From Raja brachyura (taxonomy: Eukaryota), in assembly GCA_963514005.1 (NCBI GenBank), contig OY740781.1, forward strand, positions 35,526,001 through 35,590,000: a stretch of DNA of 64,000 bases, given 5' to 3'. This document shows positions 52,953 to 64,000 of this stretch, one piece after another. The first letter of the stretch is position 1. Every line of letters begins with the position of its first letter. A model generated the notes under the pieces. That model saw nothing but the letters and a program-made list of their open reading frames with translations. It searched no databases and was not told the origin of the DNA. Both the position numbers and the translations under genes were made by a program.

Positions 52953-53895
52953 TAGATAAATTATTTATTTTGTCCAATACTTTGGTTGCACTGATTTTTT
53001 TCCATTGCATTTATATCGGTCATGCATGCTGGTGAAGGAACCCTTCCAATTTTGACCCTAACGTGATTGCGAATTAAGCTTCCTGTGACATCAGAAGGGA
53101 TAGGAGTAGAATTAGGCCCATCGTCTACTCCACCATTCAATCATGGCTGATCTATCTCTCCCTCCTAACCCCATTTTCCTGCCTTCTTCCCTTAACCTCT
53201 GACATGATCTATCAACGTTAAATTATTATGGATATAATGAGGATATTTCAGGGTTCAATGAGAGGACACTTTCATATTATCGGCCCTCATCTAGGTCTGA
53301 GTCCAGTTTCCAAATGTAGGTTACCTTCCAAACATGACCTATATCATTGCTGTATTGTTATATTTTGTGCAGTATATTTTGGAATGTGCCCAATAGACAC
53401 TCTGTCGTGTCTCTTCAATTATTCAAAACAAAACTTTTCAATGACCTGTTGCTGTTGCATTGCAAAGCCCTTTCTTTCAGCAAGACTTTCAGAAAGTCTA
53501 ACCTGAAAGATGTTTTTCTTCCATTATTTTACAACTCAACTTATTGATTTGAATTTGTCACATTTACTCATTTAAACTGGCCAGATTTTGAAAGTTTATT
53601 TTTCATATAATGAGATGGCTTACATAAAAGTTGGTGATGCAAGGAACTGCAGATGTTGGAATCTTGCTTAGAACACAAAGTGCTGGAGTAACTCAAAGGG
53701 TCAGGCAGCATCTCTGAGGGACATGGATAGGCAGCATTTCAGGTCATGTCCTTTCTTCAGTTTTGTATAAAAATTGCTTGTTTTATTTGTATTTGTCTTC
53801 TATCTCTTGCCTGTAGGTTGTGTAATTGGCACCATACCCTAAATTTGCTTTGGCGTAATGACAATATGTCAATGAAAATGGAATTAGAGGTAAGT

Positions 53896-54176
53896 AGATA
53901 GGGGACTGAGGTGAGAAAAAAAGGTTTTCACCCAGAGAGTTGTGAATTTATGGAATTCCCTGCCACAGAGGGCAGTGGAGGCCAGATCACTGGATGGATT
54001 TAAGAGAGAGTTAGATAGAGCTCTAGGGGCTAGAGGAGTCGAGGGATATGGGAAGAAGGCAGGCACGGGTTATTGATAGGGGACGATCAGCCATGATCAC
54101 AATGAATGGCGGTGCTGGCTCGAAAGGCCGAATGGCCTCCTCCTGCACCTATTTTCTGTGTCTCTATGTTTCTATG
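53896..54176 (+). mobile_element. CR1 3' fragment
   Basis: FTQRVVNLWNSLP remnant and family tail. Confidence 0.85.
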
Positions 54177-54364
54177 GACCAGTTGGAGCTGGGGCATGGG
54201 GTGGGTGATGCCATTTTCTTTTTGCAGTGTTACCCATTGCTTATGTTTTAGCTGTCAGTTTATGTCTTTAACATGAGGTACTGTCATTGTTAATTAGCAT
54301 GTAACAATGGTAATGCCACTGTGGTTATGGGAAATTTCAATATGCAGGTAGACTTCGCATTTGA

Positions 54365-55987
54365 ATTTGTGAGAAATAGTATTGGGTAAACTGATGGGAC
54401 TGAAGGCTGATAAATCCCCAGGGCCTGATGGTCTGCATCCCAGGGTACACAAGGAGGTGGCTCTAGAAATCATGGACACATTGGTGATAATTTTCCAACG
54501 TTCTATAGATTCAGGGTCAGTTCCTGTGGATTGGAGGGTAGCTAATGTTATCCCACTTTTCAAGAAAGGAGTGAGAGAAAAAACAGGGAATTACAGACCA
54601 GTTAGCCTGACATCGGTGGTGGGGAAGATGCTGGACACAATTATTAAAGAAGTAATAACGGCGCATTTGGATAGCAGTAAAAGGATTGGTCCAAATCAGC
54701 ATGGATTTATGAAGGGGAACTCCTGGTTGACTAATCTTCTGGAGTTTTTTGAGGATGTGACAAGTAAAATGGATGAAGGTGAGCCAGTGGATGTAGTGTA
54801 TCTGGACTTTCAGAAAGCGTTTGATAAGGTCCCACACAGGAGATTAGTGGGCAAAATTAGAGCACATGGTATTGGGGGTAGGGTCTTGACATGGATAGAG
54901 AATTGGTTGGCAGACTGGAAACAATGAGTAGGTATAAACGGGTCCCTTTCAGAATGGCAGGTAGTGGCGAGTGGAGTGCCGCAAGGCTTGGTGCTGGGGC
55001 AGCAACTATTTACAATATATGTTAATGATTTATGATGGGATTAAAAGTAACACTAGCAAATTTGTAGATGACACAACGCTGGGTGGCAGTGTGAACTACG
55101 AAGAGGACGCAAGGAGGTTGTAGGGTGGCTTGGACAGGTTGAATGAGTGGGCAGATGCGTGGCATATGCAGTATAATGTAGATAAATGTGAGGTTGTCCA
55201 CTTTGGCGGCAAGAACAAGGAGGCAGATTATTATCTCATTGGTGTCAGATTTGGAAAAAGGAAACTGCAACGAGACCTGGGTGTCCTCGTACACCAGTCA
55301 CTGAAAGTAAACATGCAGGTACAGCAGGCAGTGAAGAAAGCTAATGTCATATTGGCCTTCATAACGAGAGGATTTCAGTATAGGAGTAAAGAGGTCCTTC
55401 TGCAGTTGTACAGGGTCCTGGTGAGACCACATCTGCAGTATTGTGTGCAGTTTTGGTCTCCTAATTTGAGGAAGGACATCCTTGCTATTGAGGCAGTGTA
55501 GCGTAGGTTCACGAGGTGAATCCCTGGGATGGCGGGACTGTCATATGAGGAAAGATTGGAAAGACTGGGCCTGTATTCACTGGAATTTAGAAGGATGAGA
55601 GGATATCTTATAGAAACATATAAAATTATAAAAGGATTGGACAAGCTGGTTGCAGGAAAAATGTTCCCAATGATGGGGGAGTCCAGAACCAGGGGCAACA
55701 GTTTAAGAACAAGGGCTAGGCCATTTAGAACTGAGACGAAGAAAAACCTTTTCACACAGTTGTGAATTTATGGAATTCTCTGCCTCAGATGGCAGTGGAG
55801 GCCGATTCACTTGATGCATTCAAAATAGGGTTAGATAGAGCTCTTAGGGCTAGCGGAATCAAGGGGTATGGGGAGAAGGCAGGAACGGTGTACTGATTGT
55901 GGATGATCAGCCATGATCACATTGATGGGGGTGCAGGCTCAAAGGGCTGAATGGCCTACCCCTGTACCTATTGTCTATGTATCTATG
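54365..55987 (+). mobile_element. CR1/HER1-like LINE, 1.6-kb RT-containing fragment, inactive
   Basis: KSPGPDGLHPRV, GNYRPVSLTSVVGK, VYLDFQKAFDKVPH, KFVDDT, LVRPHLQYCVQFWSP; several stops and frameshifts; tail present. Confidence 0.95.
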
Positions 55988-56837
55988 TAAAATGTCTGCT
56001 GAGGCGTGAAGTGACAATGGTGCAGTGTCATTGGTAGACCCTGGTATACTGTCCATTTTAATGTGATCCGTGAAATGTTCGCTGGCTTGCAAAGGGTTGC
56101 AACCAAAATGTAAATGTCAAATAATCTGTTGGAGGCAGTGGTATTTCATTTAGTATTTCATTGGCTATCTATTTTAATGGCAGTAACATTTCAACATTAA
56201 TTGCGCAAATTGAAGTGGAGTTACTTTTCTTTGTTGGTGAGGCCATTGCATTACTGCAGTGTTAACAGTTAGCCAGTAGAGGGTGCTATGGTATCACCAG
56301 GACTGTATACTGTATTTCAGAATCATGGCATTTGCAGTTTTAATATTGATTTCAAGCCATCGTCTCGATAACTTTGATTTTTGTTTACTGAGGGGAAAAA
56401 ATGAACAGCAGTACAAATATCAAGATGTTATTCCTATTCTCAAGCAGTACTAATATACAATAGTAAAGAACTAAAATTCCTGAAACATCTATTAGTTAAC
56501 TGGCGTAAATATATCACCATTCCAGGTATTCCCATTTAACTTTTCAGTAACTCCTCAATACATTTATTTAGTTTCTCAGCACAAAATAATGCTGCTTTTT
56601 TGGATATCATGGGCAGGCAGAACAGGTTACAGTGTCAGTCGTCTCCATACAGCTTTCTTTTTCAGGTGGACATAAAGAACTGCAGGATTAGGTTTATTAT
56701 TGTCACGTGCACCGAGGTGCAGTGAAAAGCTTTGTTTTGCATGCTATCCAAACAGATCATACACCTTGCTTAAACACAATCAAGTCAAACTGAAGGACAA
56801 TAAATGGAGCAAAGGGCCAGATACAGAGTGCAATAAA

Positions 56838-58388
56838 CAGTGCCCTCCATAATGTTTGGGACAAAGACCCATCATTTATTTATTTGCCCCTGTATCCCAC
56901 AATTTGAAATTTTGTAATAGAAAAAAAAATCACATGTGGCTAAAGTGCACATTGTCAGATTTTATTAAAGGCCATTTTTATACATTTTTGTTTCACCATG
57001 TAGAAATTACAGCAGTGTTGAAACATAGTTCCCCCCCCCCCATTTCAGGGCACCATAATGGCTTCACAGGTGTATGTAATGGCTCAGGTGTGTTTAATTG
57101 CCTCTTTAATGCAGATATAAGAGAACTCTCAACACCTAGTCTTTCCTCCAGTCTTTCCATCACCTTTGGAAACTTTGATTGCTGTTTATCAACATGAGGA
57201 CTAAAGTTGTGCCAATGAAAGTCAAAGAAGCCTTTATCATACTGAGAAACAAGAATAAAACAGTTAGAGACATCAGCCAAACGTTAGGCTTACGAAAATC
57301 AACTGTTTAGAACATCATTAAGAAAGAGAACACTGGTGAGCTTACTAATCGCAAAAGGACTGGCAGGCCCAGGAAGACCTCCACAGCTGATGACAGAAGA
57401 ATTATCTCTATAATAAAGAAACATCCTAAAGCACTTGTCCGACAGATCAGAAACACTCTTCAGGAGTCAGGTGTTTGTCAATGACCACTGTCCCCAGAAG
57501 ACTTCATGAACAGAAATACAGAGGCCACAGTGCAAAATGCAAACCACTGGTTAGCCACAAAAATAGGATGGCCAGGTTACAGTTTGCTAAGAAGTACTTA
57601 AAAGAACAACCACAGTTCTGGAAAAGGATCTTGTGGAAAGATGAGACAAAGATTAGCATATCAGAGTGATGGCAAGAATAAAGTATGGAGGAGAGAAGGA
57701 ACTGCCCAAGAAAGCATACCACCTCATCTGTGAAACACGGCGGTGGGGGTGTTATGGCCTTGGCAAGTATGGCTGCTGAAGGTACTGGCTCACTTATCTT
57801 CATTGATGATACAACTGCTGATGGTAGTAGCATAATGAATTCTGAAGTGTACAGACACATCCCATCTGCTCAAGTTCAAACAAATGCCTCAAAACCCATT
57901 GGCCGTCGGTTCATTCTACTGCATCCCAAACATACTGCTAAAGCAACAAAGGATTTTTTCAATGCTAAAAAATGTTTAATTCTTGAGTGGCCAAGTCAAT
58001 CACCTGATTTGAACCCAATTGAGCATGTCTTTTATATGCTGAAGAGAAAACTGAAGGAGACTAGCCCCCCAAAACAAAACATAAGCTAAAGATGGCTGCA
58101 ATACAGGCCTGGCAGAGCATCCCCAGAGAAGACACCCAGCAACTGGTAATGTCCATGAATCGCAGACTTCAAGCAGACATTGCATGCAAAGGATATGCAA
58201 CAAAATACTAAACATAATTACTTTCATTTACATGACATTGCTGTCCCAAACATTATGGTGCCCTGAATTCTGACAATGTGCACTTTAACCACATGTGATT
58301 TTTTTAATATTACAAATCTCAAATTGTGAAGTACAGAGACATATAAATAAATGATGGGTCTTTGTCCCAAACATTATGGAGTGCACTG
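56838..58388 (+). mobile_element. Tc1-family transposon, near full length, inactive
   Basis: Both TIR ends, TA at 58389-90; transposase from ATG near 57194 (DETK, VKHGGG, WPSQSPDLNPIE) with stops, frameshifts and deletion of the QDND motif. Confidence 0.93.
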
Positions 58389-58681
58389 TATACGCCACTT
58401 CTTCATCCGGTGGCGCTGTTGCTAGCTGCCTCCGCCTTCAGTCCGGTATATTTTTGTTTTTTTTGTTATGTTTGAACGTTTTTTTGTGTTTTTTTTAATG
58501 TCTTTATGTGGGGGAAGAGGGTACGGTAAGGGGGGTACCGTCCTCCAGTCGCTTCCTGGAGAGGATGCGACTATAATTCGAGCCGCGTCCTTCCCCCCCC
58601 CCCTCCCCCCCGCCTACCCTTTTATTATCACGTGTACAAGGCTGCATTGAATTTCTTTTTTTACATACAGATCAATATGAA

Positions 58682-59820
58682 TATAGAATAGAATAGTTTC
58701 TTTATTGTCATTGTAACATGGACCATGTACAATGAAATTTAAAAATGTCAACCAGTCAGTGCAACATTCAAACCATAAAAGCTAACGATACATACAAGGT
58801 AAAATATTAAAAAAGATAAATAACTAAAATAATTATGAAATATGAAAATGGCACGCATATACACCCAACCCTACATCCTTCTGTCGATTTCACAGTGTAC
58901 CAACCACAGTCCCTTAGTCCCCCCGTTCCATGGCGGCTACATTTAGTGCCTTTATAGCAGTGGGGTAAAAACTGTTTTAAAATCTGTTTGTCCTTGTCCT
59001 TGTAGATCTGTACCGTCTGCCTGACAGCAACAGTTCAAACAGGGAGTGTCCGGGGTGGGAAATGTCCTTTATAATATTCTGGGATTTTTTGATGCAGCGG
59101 GAACTGTGTAAGTCTTCCAAGGTAAGGAGAGGGCAGCCGACAATCCTCTGGGCGTTGTCAATGGCCCTCTGGAGCGCTTTCCTCTGAGCCGCTGTGCAGC
59201 TGGTGTACCACACGCATACACAGTATGTTAGGATGCTCTCAATGGAGCACCGATAAAAGGACAGCAGCAGTCTCTGTGTGATGTTATTCTTCCTGAGCAC
59301 CCGCAGGAAGTGCAGTTTCTGCTGGACCTTTTTCAGCAGCACAGAGGTGTTCACGCTCCACGTCAGGTCCTCCTCAATATGGATTCCCAGGAAGCGGAAA
59401 TCCGCCACCCTCTCCACACAGTCCCCTCTGATGATTAGTGGTACCAGTTCTGTTTTGTTCTTCCTGAAGTCTATTATTATCTCCTTGGTCTTTAAGGTGT
59501 TCAGGAGCAGCTTATTTTCTGCACACCACACTGTCAGCTGCTCCACCTCATCCCGATAGGCGTACTCGTCCCCCCCGGAGATGAGCCCCACCACCGTAGT
59601 GTCATCTGCAAATTTGACAATGGTGTTGCTGTGATGGGCGGAGGTACAGTCATGTGTGTAGATGGTGTAGAGCAGGGGGCTCAGCACGCAGCCCTGTGGA
59701 GAGCCAGTACTGAGGCTGAGGGCCGTGGATATGTGATGGCCCATTCTGACTCTCTGGCTGCGGCCCGACAGGAAGCTATTTATCCACATGCAGGTGGATT
59801 GTGGAAGTCCCAAGTCCCCT
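58682..59820 (-). mobile_element. Rex1/Babar LINE RT fragment
   Basis: ORF 58977..59834 (GSPQGCVLSPLLYTIYTHDC, KFADDTTVVGLIS); (ATAGA)n tail. Confidence 0.92.
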
Positions 59821-60009
59821 TGGGACTGCCACAATTGCTATACATATTGCTATACATTTGTTTTCTTTTGTTCTGTTGTTTTAGTTTTTCTTCTTCTTCG
59901 TGTAGCATGCACAGCCTAAAGTTGTTGGGCAACTTGTTCTATTTGATCTTCTGTTTGTGCACGTTGAGTTGATTGCATTAGTCGAAACAGGGCGAACCAC
60001 GTGAAGGTT

Positions 60010-60780
60010 GCAATCTTCCACCCTGTTGTTTTAGTTTAGTTTTAGTTTATTCAGTTTATTTTAGTTGTGTATGTGTGGGGCGGTGAGAGAAACTTGTTTT
60101 TAGTCTCTTCCTTCGGGGGGAATACGACCGTTTCTTGTCGTATCCCCCCATCTCCGTCTCCGTCTGCGCTGAGGCCTAATTGCGGAGCTGGCGGCCTCCA
60201 ACTGGGACTGACCTTGAGGCTCCAGAGGCAGAGCCAGGACTTACCAACGCGAGGCTGGCGGACTTCGGGGCTGTGGTGGGGTTGCAGCGGCGGCGACCTG
60301 ACTTTGGAGGCTTGGTCGTGGGCCCAATGGACTCGGCCGCGGGCCCAGTGGATGACATCGTCGGGAGCTCGCAGGTCCCAGGTTGGTGACCGGTTCTCCG
60401 GAGCTCCCGCAACAACAGCTTCGTCTGCTGGACTGGAGGATGGCAGCTTCGTCCGCCCTGGGCCACGGAGTTTGAACAGGGCCGTTCGCGGAGCTCGGAT
60501 TCAGCTGCGGGATTTACCATCACCCGGCGGGGACCCAACATCGAAAGCCTGGATTGCCTCGACACACAGGGAGAACAAGGAGGAAAGAGACAAGGACTTT
60601 AAGATTTTTGCCTTCCATCACAGTGATGAGGTGTCTAGTAGACTCACACCACTGGTGGTGGATGTTAAACTGTGTTAATTGTGTGTTTTGTTATTTTATT
60701 CTTTGTTATGACTGCAAGGTTTGTAATTTCGTACAGACTGAAAAGTCTGAATGACAATAGAGGATACTTCGACTTTGATA
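60010..60780 (+). mobile_element. Unclassified GC-rich non-autonomous retroelement
   Basis: 3' part (gccttccatcacagtga...tgtatgactgca...aatgacaata) also occurs at 32424-32585; 5' part resembles 58405-58620. Confidence 0.5.
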
Positions 60781-62269
60781 TGCACAATCCCTGATTAGGT
60801 ACCAAATGTATAAAAACAGTTTACAGAGTCCACATTCAAGAGTTGCTGGGCTTTTCGCATCAATTTCAAAGTCCCAGCTGTAGCTGGTCATAATGGCTCA
60901 TTGCAGCCGTCACCTCCATCTGTTTCGCTAGCGAACCGCCGTCTCCTTGCCCAGCCTTCAGCCTTCATACCCCAGGGGTAATCTTGCAGCCTACCTTGAG
61001 GGCGGGGAAAGTAAGAGCCCTGGTTCTCCGAACTGCAACTTTGTTCAGCATCTGCCACCATCACTGACTCAATCCACCCTCCGTTTCCTGGTTTTCTTGG
61101 GAGTGGGTCGGACACGAGCCTCGGACCCACTCCAAGAGGGATCCCCGTTTTTTCACAGGATAAGCCCAACCTGCTGCTTGCCGGGATATGGCAGTGACCC
61201 ACGCCCCTGCAGGAGCTTCTGCTGCGAGCGGCTCTGTGGGAGCTTTCCTTAGTAGGTGGTGCGTACGTTCAAGCTTTTGTACCTTTGTCTTTGATTCCGT
61301 TCGCCGCTTTTCCTTGGCAGTGTAAATTGTAGATTACGTCACTGGTGGAAATTCTGGTGTCTGTGATGGATTGGGGTACATCAACAATTCTGCAATTTCT
61401 TGCTTTGCTGAGCAGAATTCCATGCTATCCAGCCAGCAGAAAGACCACACAGATTACAATCGAGGAGTCTTTAGCGTTTAGACACAGGATAAAGGGAATA
61501 AAGTTTAGTGCAAGGTAAAGTCCGAAGGTCTCCATTGAGGTAGATGATAGGTCACGACTGCTCTCTGGTTGGTGATAGAATGTTCAGTTAAAATTTCAAA
61601 TAATTTCTTATTGCACCACCATCAACAGGTCCTGCAAAAGTCTAAATCTGATGCAATAATATGTTGCCAAGTATGATGTTTATATTGTTCATAAGTTAAT
61701 TGAAATGAATTTAGATTCAAATGGCTATTATTTTGATACAAAGTTGTTGGTTGTACCGTCGAATGCTTGAAGTGTGACCTGGATCTTTAGCTAATGTGCC
61801 AGCAGACAATGTAAATGATAAGGAGCTAAGTTTAACAGGGCATGTTACCAAGTACATTGTAACTTTTACTGGCACTTGGGAGTCCAATTCATGTTCATGT
61901 CAGCAACAGAAGTTAAAGTAATTTTATAAGATAGCAAGTTAGGTTAAACTTTTGTGAATTAGTTGATGAAATGATCTGAATGCTCATATTTAATTTATAG
62001 CATCCATATTTCTGATTCAAAAACCATTGGGTAATCCCCCATACCAGGATTTAAGTACATAAAACAATTAATACTATTCTCAGCGAGTAAATTTCCACAT
62101 TGAGCTAAATATTTTAATTTTAAGGTGCGCAAAGAGATGAATTTATAGTTTGAAAATTGATGTAGTAGGATTGGTTAAAGATCACAATTCTTCATCCAAA
62201 GAGACTTTTTCTGACAAAAAAGCCAGAAATCTCCAGGACCTGACAACATTGTTTCTCCCTCTACTCTTA

Positions 62270-63248
62270 AGCTCTGTGCCAAACAGCTGGCACCGGTCTA
62301 TACAGACATTTTTAACCAGTCCCTGCAAACATGTACTGTCCCTGCCTGCTTCAAAGTCTCCACTATTGTCCCTGTACCCAAAAAGGCAAGGATTACTTGT
62401 CTTAATGACTACAGGCCTGTCGCACTGACCCCAGGAAGACACTCGAAAGGCTTGTGTTGGCCAAGCTGAAAAATATCACAAAAAAAACCCTCTGCAGTTT
62501 GCATATCGGGCCAATAGATCTGTGGATGATGCAGTCAACCTGGGCCTGCACTTCATCCAACAGCACCTAGACCGCCAGGGGACCTATGCGAGGATCCTGT
62601 TTGATGATTTTAGCTCTGCATTTAACACCATTGTGCCGGAGCTACTACACTCCAAGCTTTCCACGTTGACTGTGCCTGAACCCCTCTGTTGGTGGATCAT
62701 CAGCTTCCTGACAGACAGGAAGCAGCATGTGAGGCTGGGAAAGCACATCTCGGACCCGCAAACGCTCAGCATAGGAGCGCTGCAGGGCTGCGTACTCTCT
62801 CCTCTCCTCTCTCAATGACTGCACCTCCACAGACACCTCTGTCAAGCTTCTCAAGTTTGCGGACAACACAACCCTGATTGGACTGATCCAGGATGGGCAG
62901 GAATCTGCTTACAGACAGGAAGTGTCACAGCTGGTGTCCTGGTGCCGTCGCAACAACCTAGAGTTCAATGCTCTTAAGACAGTGGAAATGATTGTAGACT
63001 TTAGGAGAGCTCCCCCTCCCCTCACCCCACTCACCATCAACAACACCACAGTCACATCTGTGGAGTCTTTTAAGTTCCTGGTAACCATCATCTCCAAGGA
63101 CCGTAAATGGGGGACCACCATCGACTCCACAGTCAAAAAGGCACAACAGAGGATGTACTTCCTACGGCAGCTGAGGAAGCATAATCTGCCACAGGTAATG
63201 ATGGTCCAATTCCACACGGCCATCGTAGAGTCTGTACTCACCTTCTCT
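62270..63248 (+). mobile_element. Rex1/Babar LINE RT fragment
   Basis: [54 protein letters not shown]; frameshifted; cut by CR1 at 63249. Confidence 0.9.
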
Positions 63249-64000
63249 GTTTATACTCTCTAGAATTTAGGAGATTGAGGGGGGATCTTAGAGAAACGTA
63301 CAAAATTCTTAAGGGGTTAGACAGGCTAGATGCAGGAAGATTGTTCCAGATGTTGGGGAAGTCGAGAACAAGGGGTCACAGTTTAAGGGTAAGGGGGAAG
63401 CCTTTTAGGACCGAGATGAGATTTTTTTTTTTTATAAAGAGAGTGGTGAATCTGTGGAATTCTATGCCACAGAAAGTAGTTGAGGCCAGTTCATTGGCTA
63501 TATTTAAGAGGGAGTTATATGTGGCCCTTGTGGCTAAAGGGATCAGGGGGTATGGAGAGAAGGCAGGTAAAGGATACTGTTGGATGATCAGCCATGATCA
63601 TATTGAATGGCGGTGCAGGCTTGAAGGGCCGAATGGCCTACTCCTGCACCTATTTTCTATGTTTCTATGTTTCTAAGAAAGCTGATGGAATGTTGGCCTT
63701 CATAACAAGATTTCAGTATGGGAGTAAAGAGGTTCTTCTGCAGTTGAAAAGAGCTCTGGTAAGACCACATCTGGAGTATTGTGTACAGTTTTGGTCTCCT
63801 AATTTGAGGAAGGACATCTTTGTGATTGAGGCAGTGCAGCGTGGGTTCACGAGATTGATCCCTGGGATGGCGGGACTGTCAAATGAGGAAAGATTGAAAA
63901 GACTAGGTTTGTATTCACTGGAGTTTAGAAGGATGAGGGGTGATCTTCTGGAGACATATAAAATTATAAAAGGACTGGAAAAGCTGGATGCAGGAAAAAT
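63249..64000 (+). mobile_element. Two tandem CR1/HER1-like fragments
   Basis: 63249-63675 C-terminus plus tail; 63676-64000 restarts upstream (LVRPHLEYCVQFWSP) and runs off the window. Confidence 0.9.

Noticed and set aside
60067-60678. 203-aa ORF
   Set aside because: Lies in a GC-rich repeat whose ends recur elsewhere in the window; no domain signature.

Overview
Eukaryotic (vertebrate) genomic DNA, most likely a cartilaginous fish (skate/ray-type repeat content: HE1/V-SINEs, HER1-like CR1 LINEs; species is an inference). Two host genes lie head-to-head: TXNL1 first coding exon on the minus strand (262..168) and the 5' part of WDR7 (rabconnectin-3 beta) on the plus strand. WDR7 has a probable non-coding first exon near 4.6-4.74 kb and eight coding exons from 33651 to 52916 (966 nt, 322 codons, all GT-AG, phases consistent); the gene continues beyond the window. 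Most of the rest is decayed transposons: CR1, L2, Rex1/Babar and L1 LINE pieces, Penelope-like (GIY-YIG) fragments, three Tc1 IR/DR copies, two Gypsy elements and two Helitron-like elements. Nearly all long ORFs in the supplied track are TE remnants or low-complexity artefacts. Best leads: (1) a Gypsy provirus whose primer-binding site is a 50-nt copy of tRNA-Leu(CAA), extending to base 37 and joined directly to mid-RT with gag/protease lost; (2) about 16 Penelope tails carrying a minimal hammerhead-ribozyme-like motif, with covarying stem II and an apparent strand bias in decay; (3) a 4.8-kb Helitron-like element carrying a minisatellite, a LINE/Gypsy chimeric RT and a fold-back hairpin; (4) inverted TE pairs bracketing WDR7 exon blocks; (5) a double-uORF leader on the putative WDR7 first exon. 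All homology calls are from recognition of sequence, not database searches.
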